Shown here: positions 13,451-24,914 of the stretch, one piece after another | Position numbering within the stretch: position 1 is the first letter of the stretch | How the letters are laid out: the number at the start of each line of letters is the position of its first letter | Assembly (NCBI GenBank): GCA_032718475.1 | Contig: JAUCBJ010003016.1 | Coordinates: forward strand, 17,892-81,891 | Direction of reading: 5' to 3' | Source of the DNA: Nemertoderma westbladi | Lineage: Eukaryota; Animalia; Xenacoelomorpha | DNA length: 64,000 nt | Translations under genes and position numbers: made by a program | Notes under the pieces: generated by a model | Seen by the model: only the letters and a program-made list of their open reading frames with translations | Databases searched by the model: none | What the model was told of the DNA's origin: nothing

Positions 13451-14479
13451 CTGCAATGCAATAATCGATTATATGATATGAATAAATCGAAATCATTACT
13501 AACAAAATAAATTAAAATTAAATAAAAATTAACCAAATTAAATAAACGCGAAATTTAAGATATTTTATCAATTAAATATAATAAATGAGTAACAAACAAA
13601 AGCAAAATATTAATTTATAAATTAGTAATGAATTCTAGCCAAATGACAACAATAAAGTATTGAATAAGATTATATAATTATTATTGTTATTTTGGTTGAA
13701 GAACATTTTCAAATTATTATAATTTTTTATCAAAGGCAATAAACAATTCCCATTTAGGATTATAATATTATTGCATTTGTGTCATGTGAAGTAAATATTA
13801 AATAGAACTAGTATTATTTAATTTAATAGCATTATTACTATATGATATATTTTAATATATGTATGTTTTTTTTCCTTTACGATACGATTGTCACGCACTA
13901 TTGCTATCGCAAGAGACTGTTTAGTTACAATTTTTATCATTAGATAGACGTTCCCTTGAAACGTCCGATCAAATTAGTAAACTTGATATAATTCGTTTTG
14001 ACGACATGTAACGAATCATAGCCATTGCTTCCGCTACACAACAAGACAATCCGATGTAAAATTTTCGGGTCAAGGGCAACGGTATCCAATTTTTCCATAA
14101 TCTGTTTGAAATTACATTAGGGTAACTGGTGTTAGATGCTTATAATTCCGGTTGAAACAATGTTCGACTTACGTACGGAATCCGTACGTATAAACCCATA
14201 CGTATCCTACTACAGATTGGGGACGCCGTGGGGTGATACTTGTGTTTAATAGACCGAGGTACATCGTAAATGTTTTGAGTAAATTGATAAATTCTCGTTG
14301 GCCTCCACTCATTACCACACTTTCCGCAAATTATACAATTTTTCATATATTATTTATTTTTTTTTGTTTGGGGGCGGATGGGTTAGGGATAGGCAAAGGG
14401 AGACGAAAGTTTGGCCGTACCCGTAATACATACACATCTTTATAAATATGCTTATTAAAAGAACGCGGCCAGAAATTTA

Positions 14480-14835
14480 TAATGGAGCAATAATCCATAA
14501 ATTAATGGATGTTTACCACCAACTTTCCATAATGCATCAAATATTCTTATGTACCAACATTCTATAACAGATCAAATTCTTACAACCCAAATTTCATATA
14601 GATCAAATATTACCACCAACAATGGCTAAGAAATTACCACAAACATTCCATAATAGGTAAACAACATATTTTACAATTTAATAGTGGATCAAATATTACC
14701 AACAACATTCAATAATGGATTAAGTATTACCACCAATCGCTGCATTCCATAATAGATCAAATATTACTACTAACATTTAAAATGGATCAAATTACCACAA
14801 ACATTGCATAATAGATAAAAAGATGACCTCCAACA
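14480..14835. repeat. Degenerate ~30-35-bp tandem repeat (GGATCAAATATTACCACCAACATTCCATAAT-like)
   Basis: Recurrent motifs just downstream of the exon 3 donor, in intron 3. Confidence 0.7.
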
Positions 14836-14858
14836 TTTAATAGTGGCTATCTACCAAC

Positions 14859-15065
14859 CTCCCGTCCACCATAGATTCCATTCTCCATTGTTTTCCAAGG
14901 CTTTCTTGTCTGCGTGTTTTTCTCTCAGTATGAGATCCAGTAACTCGCCATGGTAAGTCCAGGAACCGAACTTCATCGTGCAGTTCTGTTTGTCGAAAGG
15001 GAAGTACTGTACGTTGATTGCGCAGGAACTGCGGTAAATGGCGGGAGGCACCCAAGTTATATAAC
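14859..15065 (-). CDS. nAChR alpha subunit, exon 3 (Cys-loop)
   Basis: Acceptor taataag|GT at 15065, donor G|gttggt at 14858; 207 nt, phase 1/1. Encodes WVPPAIYRSSC-x13-C(FPFD) and KFGSWTY. Confidence 0.93.
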
Positions 15066-15340
15066 CTTATTAGAAAAATTAAGTATATATTTAAAACTAA
15101 ATATTTGCATTGAGAAAAGTGACAAGCTAAGTTGTAATCTCAAGAGTTGTATGTATAAACTAAGCCTATCAACAGAAGTAGTACAGTAGTAGACTAGAGA
15201 ACAGTAGTAGGAGAGAACAGTAGTAGGAGACCATCACATAGGATGCAGCGGTGAATCGGTGATGGGAACATAATCTCATGCCATGACTCACTTCCGAATG
15301 CACTCTTCTCAGCAGCTCAATCAGCTGCTACTTCGCCTCG

Positions 15341-15450
15341 TAGCCTGAAGTCCCAGGCCTGATCCCCGGTGCTCTTAGCCTGAAGTCCCAGGCCTGATCC
15401 CCGGTCCCCGTAGCCTGAAGTCCCAGGCCTGATCCCCGGTCCCCGTAGCC
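15341..15450. repeat. 35-bp tandem repeat x3 (TAGCCTGAAGTCCCAGGCCTGATCCCCGGTCCCCG)
   Basis: Units start at 15341, 15376 and 15411. Confidence 0.9.
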
Positions 15451-15773
15451 GTCCAGGCGACATCTTCCTCCCACATTGGCATCGAGGTCAACCAATGTTA
15501 AATTTGATGTTTATTGTTTTGTTATAGACGTTATTGTTTGATATTAAAAAAAAATATTGTTAATTAAATTTAATATTATTAAATGGAAATTTAGAAAAGT
15601 AAACTGCAAAGGGAAATATAACAGCAGAAAGCGGGGTATATTCTTCACTATTGGCATTTTGTCTCAACTCAACGACAAGTCCCTAAAACGTGCCATCCTG
15701 CTCCATAGCGCGGGAAATTCAAATGATTGAAAGACATGTAATTTGTACTGGAAAGAAAGGGTGGCAGATCAGA

Positions 15774-16231
15774 CCAGTACTCCTCTATGGGAGTCCATGC
15801 TGGGCTCTAACTGCTGAGGACACCAAATCTCTGGATGGCACATTCACAAGAATGCTACGCCGGGTTCATTGTGTCAAGTACAATGCACACATCTCCAACC
15901 AGACACTATATAACATTGGAGGTGTCTCGTTGGTTCCCCCAAGCTTGACACTAGAACAAAACCGCCTCCGCTTTGCAGGACATTGCTTTCGCCGTGAGGA
16001 CCAGCCAGTGCATAATCTTGTACTTTGGCAGCCTCATGGAGTGAATAAGCATGGTGGACAGCCCATGACTTTCTTGAGACGCATCTTAAAGGACACTGGC
16101 CTTAAAGATGCGGATGATCTAGCAAATGTCATGGGTGATAGGGAGTTGTGGCGGTGCAATTTTGTTGACAAGCCGGCACAGCATTCTTAAAAATGCAGCT
16201 GCAATGCAGCATGCCGATCCTAGTAGTAGTA
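15774..16231 (+). mobile_element. 5'-truncated young RTE LINE copy
   Basis: Near-identical to 27447-27900. Has a (TAG)n tail and an 11-bp TSD GGCAGATCAGA (15763-15773 / 16232-16242). Confidence 0.95.
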
Positions 16232-16392
16232 GGCAGATCAGATCTGCCACCTATATTTTGGCGGTAAATTCAAATCTGTTTTAACATTGAATACATGAAT
16301 AGCGTACGATTAAAATGTAATTCATTGAATCAAAATAAATTATTTCTTATCGGTTTAGCTCAATCATCCGTTAATGTTGTTGTTTTATCTAT

Positions 16393-16976
16393 TCTGGGGC
16401 TTCGAGCAGCACGTGAACAACTAAGCTGACTGGTTAACTAGTCTGGGACTTCGAGCAGTAGGTGAACAACTAAGCTGACTCGTTAACTAGTCTGGGACTT
16501 CGAGCAGCACGTGAACAACTAAGCTAAATGGTTAACTAGTCTGGGGCTTCGAGCAGCGCGTGAACAACTAAGCTGACTGGTTAACTAGTCTGGGACTTCG
16601 AGCAGTAGGTGAACAACTAAGCTGAATGGTTAACTAGTCTGGGGCTTCGAGCAGCGCGTGAACAACTAAGCTGACTGGTTAACTAGTCTGGGACTTCGAG
16701 CAGTAGGTGAACAACTAAGCTGAATGGTTAACTAGTCTGGGGCTTCGAGCAGCGCGTGAACAACTAAGCTAAATGGTTAACTAGTCTGGGGCTTCGAGCA
16801 GTAGGTGAACAACTAAGCTGACTGGTTAACTAGTCTGGGACTTCGAGCAGTACGTGAACAACTAAGCTGACTGGTTAACTAGTCTGGGACGTAGAGCAGC
16901 AGGTGAACAACTAAGCTGACTGGTTAACTAGTCTGGGACTTCGAGCAGTAGGTGAACAACTAAGCTGACTGGTTAA
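16393..16976. repeat. 49-bp tandem repeat, ~12 copies
   Basis: Unit TCTGGG(G/A)CTTCGAGCAG...GTGAACAACTAAGCTGACTGGTTAACTAG. Confidence 0.95.
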
Positions 16977-18499
16977 TTTGAATTTAAATGAAAAGAATTG
17001 TTTCAAACAATAGGAAAGTTTGTATTTATCGGATGCCATGGAATTCCAGAATGCGGTCGTGTCGCACAGCGAACGGAATGTTTGTCTGCTCGTGGCAGCA
17101 GGATATGAATTCACCTTTATTCTTCGTACATCATGATGGTGGTTGGGACTGGAATCGTGAGTTTAGACTATTCTTACTATAATTATAGATAGTCAATGAT
17201 TTGAGATCTGGCAGGGGAAAGGATAGCTTGCTATCCCAGCTTGTTTCGAGTAATCGAGTGGTTGTTGTAACATAATACTGAGAGCTGATTGGAGCGGAAT
17301 ACTCGGGCATTCTCATTCATTCATTCACTTTCACTTTTCAGTCTCATTCAGGCATTCATTCACTCTTAATATGAGTCCAACTATTGACTTGTAAGCTTCA
17401 CTGGAAAGGGGAAGTGTCTCTGTTACGTAATGTAGAGTATCATTACTGAGATAGTTGCCCAGACAAAGCAGATTTCGAAATTGCTTCCTATAGTGAATGA
17501 ATGTCAAGAGTTTCTATCTGGCTTGAGTTTAATGAGCCAACAATAAATATAATTCCAAATAATATTGACGGTACTGCAATTGATTTCCACAGAGTAATAA
17601 CGAACCTGTCTTTAGACTGGGTAGTTTTTGTCTAAAGCTGAGGCCGGCAAAAACACGATGGATATATTTATTTACCTATATATATCACTCACTATGTATG
17701 TTCACCAAATGGCTTGAAACCACTTGCATGCATTGTAAAATTGTAAACGCAAGTATTTATCAATTGTTGTCTAGTTGTTGAATAAAAAAGTTGGGAACGA
17801 TTCGAAGTGCGATATTCGAAATATTTGCATATTTTCAACATTATTGAACGCGAAATTAAATACCCACAACTCCCTTGCTTGAAATGTTTTTCAGGTGATT
17901 GATATTTAGCAATTATTATGAGGTTACTTACTACTGAAATCTGACAGAATGCCAAACGTATTATTATAGTTCTATCTCTATTCAGCCAGTTAGTGTAATG
18001 TCAAGCAGTACATCATTTATATATCGTATGTATCTATAGGGCCTAATTGTCATCGTTATAATACTGTCATCAACTTAGGCTAAGCTCAATTGTAATGCAA
18101 AGGCTTAGTAGGTTTTGTATATCTGGGACGTTTACAACAGCTGTCGATTAAACTAACAAAACCATAAAACTGAACCAGGGTGGTTGCCAGCCGGGTACCA
18201 ACGGCTGTTGGGTAGACTTAAGGGAACATTTCACAAACTTTCATAGGATGCTTGTACATGTACATTATATTGGTTGCTCCGATGTTTTTATTAGGCTAAC
18301 TGAGAATGTATCAGGTATAAATACTGTAATTATAGTGTTCTTTATTTTATTTATCTAATACAGAAAAGACCCCTCCGCAGAATAAACTGCTCTTTTGGGC
18401 CGTTTCTCAGGTTGCGGATATGGATACCATTTCACACATCATCGTAGTAATTGTGATTATGATTTGTTTGCCTAGGCGAATGTGTATTACATTAGATGG

Positions 18500-19330
18500 G
18501 AGGCAGTTTTTTGGTTGATGCAAGTCATTCTTGGTTTGCATCTTCCAATCCCATCTGTTTCTTGGAGTCTATGTAAGACAGGTTCGTTTAAAGCCATCTT
18601 GATGGCGTTCTAGTAACAGTACGTTGTACGTAAATTTAATGAGCGAACGGTCCAGGATTGTTTGATGAAATTGGCATAGATGATAGATACCATCCCGATA
18701 CACCGTTCCACAGCATCAGTTCCACTTCTTGTTTTTACTACTCCAAGGAACTTGATTGCGTTGTTATTCTCGTGAATTAAGTTGGAGTTCACATTTTGAT
18801 TAGTGTGAAAAAATTGTCGAAGTGTTGTCTTTGAGGATTCTATAAGTTAGGTTCAGTTGAACAGGCACAGAGACGCCAATGAGCCCTGTTTTACACCTTT
18901 ATGTACTGGTATCCCTTCGTCTATGATATTTACCATCAAATTTTAGAAAAACCAAGGTTTGTGCGTAATAATATAATAAGACGAGCGCTACATGTGGATT
19001 TAATATGTCCTTTAGATTTGTGAACAAAACACTCTGATCAACATCAACAAATGCGGATTCTATGTCTTGTTGACAAACGTATATTGGTGAGTCTCGCTTT
19101 CGATAGAATTCGATACATTCTAGGACTGCTCCCATGACCATATCCGATATTCTTCCTGTACCCATCTTGGTAGTCACTAAAGTTTCTGGATTTAGACAAG
19201 TCATCTTGTCAAAATAACTTCAGAATTACACCTTCAAATGCTTTAGCCAGTAGGCTAAACCCATGGTAGCAATGGGTCGGTGTGATTGTGTTAATGATGA
19301 AGTCGCTGGGATTTCCCTTATAGAAGTGCG
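18500..19330 (-). pseudogene. Decayed non-LTR retrotransposon reverse-transcriptase relic
   Basis: ORF 18899-19204 contains IYVCQQDIESAFVDVDQSVLF (resembles the RT D-x3-AFD motif) and ORF 18610-18792 contains IKFLGV. Broken frames; boundaries approximate. Confidence 0.6.
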
Positions 19331-19693
19331 AAATTATCGTTGCACCAAATGACCTAGGAACCTGACCGAGGGCCAAACTGGAATTTATTATGTGAGAGAT
19401 CGAATTACAAATTATTTCTGGATTTCAATTCAAAAAATGTTCACAACCAGTGATTTGATATGCGGAGACTTTCGAAGTGAGAGGCTTCCTATGATCGCTT
19501 TAATATTAACTGGAGAGATTGTAATTAGATCTCTATATCTTTTCGCATCAACTCTAACTCACCTCTCGTATACCATTAATCGTAATGTCTTCGATAATTG
19601 TTTCATTTCGCCTATGATAATTTTCACTAAGCTTTCTCTGAACATCCTAGGTATCGACTTTTACTATGAACTTTATGCCTCATTTCCCATATA

Positions 19694-20809
19694 GTGGGGT
19701 CGCTTAATTTGAAAATCGTTAATTGTCGGACAAAAGCATGAAAATGTCACTATATATGTAAAAAAAATTGTGTAGATTAATCTGAGCCTGTCTACCAAAA
19801 CAATTGACTACAGGGTTACTTTTTCATAGCAACCGGGTAAAATTGGTAGTTACTGTTATTGAAACTCGCCATATAGAAAAATTACTATTATAGAACTGGG
19901 TTAGTTTAAAATATAAGTCTGTACACGTTTCCATAGCAAAAAGGAGACCTTTCCCTAGCAACCGCTCTATATTTAATGAAATTATGATTGAAACTTGGGA
20001 TAATGAACCTGTCTAGCAATAGAACATTGTTAGTAATGACATTATAGGCGCTGATATACGTTTCCATAGCAACAGGGTGACCTTTCCCTAGTAACCGCTC
20101 TATATTTAATGAAATTATGATTGAAACTTGAGATAATCAGTCTGTCTAGCAATAGAACATTGTTAGTAATGACATTGGCGCTGATCCACGTATCCATAGC
20201 AACAAGGTGACTTTCCCTAGGAACTGCCTGAAGTTTAGTGTAATTAAGATTGAAACTGGAGAGATAAACAGCATTCATAGCATTATAAGATGGTTAGTAG
20301 TTATATTGGAGCTGTGATGCACGTTTCCATTGTAACAAAAGATGAGATCCATATTCCTTTATATTATTATTCCATATCCTAAAGTGAAATATTTGTATGG
20401 AAACGTGTATCAGCTGTAACCTAGCCAACGAACTACTGAACCATCTCATATGGCTATATACAGGTTGTTTATCCCAAGTTTCAGTCATAATATTACATTA
20501 ATATACAGCGGTTGCTAGGGAAAGCGAAAGGTCACCTTGTTGCTATGGAAACGTGTACACGACTTCTATTTTTAAATCAAACCAGTTATATAATCGTAAT
20601 TTTTCTATATGGCGAGTTTCAATAACAGAAACTACCAATTTTACCCGGTTGCTATGAAAAAGTCACCCTGTTGTTAGGGAAGTAGTCAATTGTTTTGGTA
20701 CAAAAGCTCAGATTAATCTACACATTTTTTTTTACATATATAGTGACAGTTTCATGATTTTGTCCGGCAATTAACGATTGTGCTATATTTTATCCTTAAG
20801 CAACCCCAC
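19694..20809. mobile_element. MITE / non-autonomous DNA transposon with long TIRs and TA flanks
   Basis: ta|GTGGGGTCGCTTAA ... TTAAGCAACCCCAC|ta. Inverted similarity extends for several hundred bp, with internal sub-repeats. Confidence 0.8.
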
Positions 20810-21367
20810 TAATAGGCCTACCCATTTTATAGTTGTTTTATGAATAAAGTTCCACAAAAAGTGTATAACCCCTACTATTACTGTATCTGTATAGTCTACA
20901 AAAGTGCAATAATTATTGGTATTTTTGCCATAATATATATTTGTAAGCGGTCATGCATGTGATGCAGGGACATGTAAACCTTGGCCAGGCATTAAACTCA
21001 TCGATAGATCAGCTTGATTATTGATTGAAATATAAGCGGCACCGGAGCTTCGCTTCATAGGATTGACTAAAATGTTTCTTGAAGAAAAAAACACGAGCCA
21101 TCTTCCACTCCAACCTGCAGGGGTTTCAGCTTCTGCAATCTTGTTAAATAATAAAAAATCAATAACTCGACTCATCAGACAGATGAATAACATGAGCATC
21201 ACGATTAGAGTAAATTAGATTGTGCTTGATATTGCAATATGTAGGCGGTAGGCCTACTGAACTGTATTCAACATAATATGTAAAGTCAGAAAAATTAATG
21301 TCCAGTATCCATAGTATAGAGGAAAAATACTGAATCTCAATTTTGTGGGGCGAGTCAAAACTGCAAG

Positions 21368-21490
21368 CCATCAGCGAACTGTTATAAGTATACTATGGCC
21401 GTTTTCTAAAAGTCTGTGTGTGTGTTTGTGTGTGTCGGAAGCCAATATAAAACTAGCCATAGTATAATTATAATTGTTCGCTAAGATGGG
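21368..21490. repeat. Short dispersed repeat (second copy ~33617-33737), possibly Helentron/MITE-like
   Basis: Both copies share atcagcgaactgttataa...gtgtgtgtcggaagccaa...ttcgctaagatgg, and the ends are imperfectly inverted. Confidence 0.55.
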
Positions 21491-22236
21491 TTGCAGCTTT
21501 TGCTGCACGAAGGCCTTAGATATAAATAAACTTTGTCTCGGGCGGGCGCCAAGGGTATGATGACGTTAAGCCGACTCAATAAAATCATACAGAATCATTT
21601 CTGTGAGAGATTGTTGTAAGTTTGTAACAATCCTATATGTACTGCCGCGAATGCATTCGATATTGATGTCGAATGGATATTTGTGAGGGTCCCTTATTTT
21701 TCTTACTTTAATTAATAAATTTGCCTCTACGGCAGATGTTTCCTTTCCTTTCACGGTAGGTACCAGCAGCAGCAACAATCAGGAATTTTTTGATGACAAA
21801 AATATAACAAGTATTGGAACATGTCGCTTTCACAAAACCTGGTTATTATTTACATATCACTCAACTCGAGAGATTATGATGTCTGTAGTGATGTTCCATG
21901 CTGCATAGAAGCCTCTTTACTTTATTCATTACATTACTTTACTTTATTCATTGAACAGAATATCCTAGATCCATCATCTAAAATCCATACTACTAATGGC
22001 ATGAAATCCATCAAAGTCGGATATTAAGAAACTTATAATTTCACGGCACGTAATTAAGCATCATTAAACATTCACAAAGCGATTTTCCCCCAATGGGGAG
22101 TGGATGATTGAGGGGCAAATATAGAATTCAGTAATTACAATATTCAATGCCCAAAAACTTTTATTTATTCTAAAACTACCTACTACTACCAACTACAGTA
22201 CTACTGTATCATTAGTATATCATTCAATAGACTACA

Positions 22237-24038
22237 GTAAGTAATAGACATATAGACTAGAGTACATGGTCGTTATTATGGTAAGTAATAGACATATAGA
22301 CTAGAGTACATGGTCGTTATTATGGTAAGTAATAGACATATAGACTAGAGTACATGGTCGTTATTATGGTAAGTAATAGACATATAGACTAGAGTACATG
22401 GTCGTTATTGTGGTAAGTAATAGACAGATAGACTAGAGTACATGTTCGTTATTGTGGTAAGTAATAGACATATAGACTAGAGTACATGGTCGTTATTATG
22501 GTAAGTAATAGACATATAGACTAGAGTACATGGTCGTTATTGTGGTAAGTAATAGACAGATAGACTAGAGTACATGGTCGTTATTGTGGTAAGTAATAGA
22601 CAGATAGTCTAGAGTACATGGTCGTTATTATGGTAAGTAATAGACATATAGACTAGAGTACATGGTCGTTATTATGGTAAGTAATAGACATATAGACTAG
22701 AGTACATGGTCGTTATTGTGGTAAGTAATAGACAGATAGACTAGAGTACATGTTCGTTATTGTGGTAAGTAATAGACATATAGACTAGAGTACATGGTCG
22801 TTATTATGGTAAGTAATAGACATATAGACTAGAGTACATGGTCGTTATTATGGTAAGTAATAGACATATAGACTAGAGTACATGGTCGTTATTATGGTAA
22901 GTAATAGACATATAGACTAGAGTACATGGTCGTTATTATGGTAAGTAATAGACATATAGACTAGAGTACATGGTCGTTATTGTGGTAAGTAATAGACAGA
23001 TAGACTAGAGTACATGTTCGTTATTGTGGTAAGTAATAGACATATAGACTAGAGTACATGTTCGTTATTGTGGTAAGTAATAGACAAATAGACTAGAGTA
23101 CATGGTCGTTATTGTGGTAAGTAATAGACAGATAGACTAGAGTACATGGTCGTTATTATGGTAAGTAATAGACAGATAGTCTAGAGTACATGGTCGTTAT
23201 TGTGGAAAGTAATAGACAGATAGACTAGAGTACATGGTCGTTATTGTGGTTGGAAGTAATAGACAAATAGACTACAGTACATGTTCGTTATTGTGGTAAG
23301 TAATAGACAAATAGACTAGAGTACATGGTCGTTATTGTGGTAAGTAATAGACAGATAGACTAGAGTACATGGTCGTTATTATGGTAAGTAATAGACAGAT
23401 AGTCTAGAGTACATGGTCGTTATTGTGGAAAGTAATAGACAGATAGACTAGAGTACATGGTCGTTATTGTGGTAAGTAATAGACAAATAGACTAGAGTAC
23501 ATGTTCGTTATTGTGGTAAGTAATAGACAAATAGACTAGAGTACATGGCCGTTACTGTGGTAAGTAATAGACAGATAGACTAGAGTACATGGTCGTTATT
23601 GTGGTAAGTAATAGACAGATAGACTAGAGTACATGGTCGTTATTGTGGTAAGTAATAGACAGATAGACTAGAGTACATGGTCGTTATTGTGGTTGGAAGT
23701 AATAGATAAATAGACTAGAGTACATGTTCGTTATTGTGGTAAGTAATAGACAGATAGACTAGAGTACATGTTCGTTATTGTGGTAAGTAATAGACAGATA
23801 GACTAGAGTACATGGTCGTTATTGTGGTAAGTAATAGACAGATAGACTAGAGTACATGGTCGTTATTGTGGTAAGTAATAGACAGATAGACTAGAGTACA
23901 TGGTCGTTATTGTGGTTGGAAGTAATAGATAAATAGACTAGAGTACATGTTCGTTATTGTGGTAAGTAATAGACAGATAGACTAGAGTACATGTTCGTTA
24001 TTGTGGTAAGTAATAGACAGATAGACTAGAGTACATGG
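22237..24038. repeat. 44-bp tandem minisatellite, ~41 copies
   Basis: Unit GTAAGTAATAGACATATAGACTAGAGTACATGGTCGTTATTATG. Confidence 0.97.
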
Positions 24039-24059
24039 TAAAACACCACAGTGTTTGTC

Positions 24060-24620
24060 AGCCATCTCGTTGTCCACCCGTTACTATGAAAGATTTGAGA
24101 AAAGATAGCAATCGATCGTATTGTGTCATTGAGGATGATTTTTAGATCAACACTGGTTTGTTATATTGTATCTTACTGTAGGAAGGTGATAGATGAACTC
24201 CTAGGGACCACAACACCATTAATTTTGTGAAGGCTTTGCATGTGGTTTTATCTACCCCCATGTCTGCGATTAGCCACGAAGTTTTAGGTGCTTCGAAATT
24301 CAAAACAACCCTGGTCGCACTCTTGGCGAGAGTTGAAACCACCGCTTCCTGATATGATGCTGATATACTAAGTAGCAGAAAATCATCTGCATAGACGATA
24401 GCGCCCACCCATACCTCACCAATAATGCAACAGCCCAAGCCAGAGCTTTGTAGTTCTGTTACCAAGTCGGATGTATATAAGTTGTACAGTGTGGAAGAAA
24501 GTCGAGAATCCTTGTTTAAGACCTCTCTTAGTCACAGGTATAGCAAGACTATCGATTCTATCTTTGAATTTTAGGAAGATTCGGCTGCAATAGTTAATAA
24601 TATAGAAGAAGGGTGGATGA
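24060..24620 (-). pseudogene. Old LINE relic, RT portion
   Basis: ORF 24142-24465 reads LQSSGLGCCIIGEVWVGAIVYADDFLLLS (YADD motif). Confidence 0.8.
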
Positions 24621-24914
24621 TAGATGTAGGTTAACGCCTTTTTGCAGTAGTTCCAAATTAGGGTGGTTGGTATAGTTATGATTGTCGAATGCTAAGTCAC
24701 TCAACATCAAGCTGGCATAGGTACACCAGTGAGCCCCATGATATATAGTGACAGTGGCGATAACCATGTCAGTGCCACACTTTTTATTAAAGGCAGTGTT
24801 ATTATTATGCATGTTACAGTCGCTGAGGTAACATGTAAGTATAACATGTTCGAAAATCTTCGCGAAAATGCTTATAGAACCTATGGGCCTATGCGATGAA
24901 GGTCGGATTAGGGA

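Noticed and set aside
13451-13505. N-terminal part of the 325-aa ORF (MLVMISIYSY...)
   Set aside because: Intronic; the splice acceptor at 13451 joins exon 3 in frame.
21100-21185. Minus-strand CTGATGAG ... GAAAC
   Set aside because: No consistent helix II or helix I pairing; likely chance.
7995-24038. 29-, 49- and 44-bp arrays as CRISPR arrays
   Set aside because: Head-to-tail units without unique spacers, no cas genes, and a eukaryotic context.
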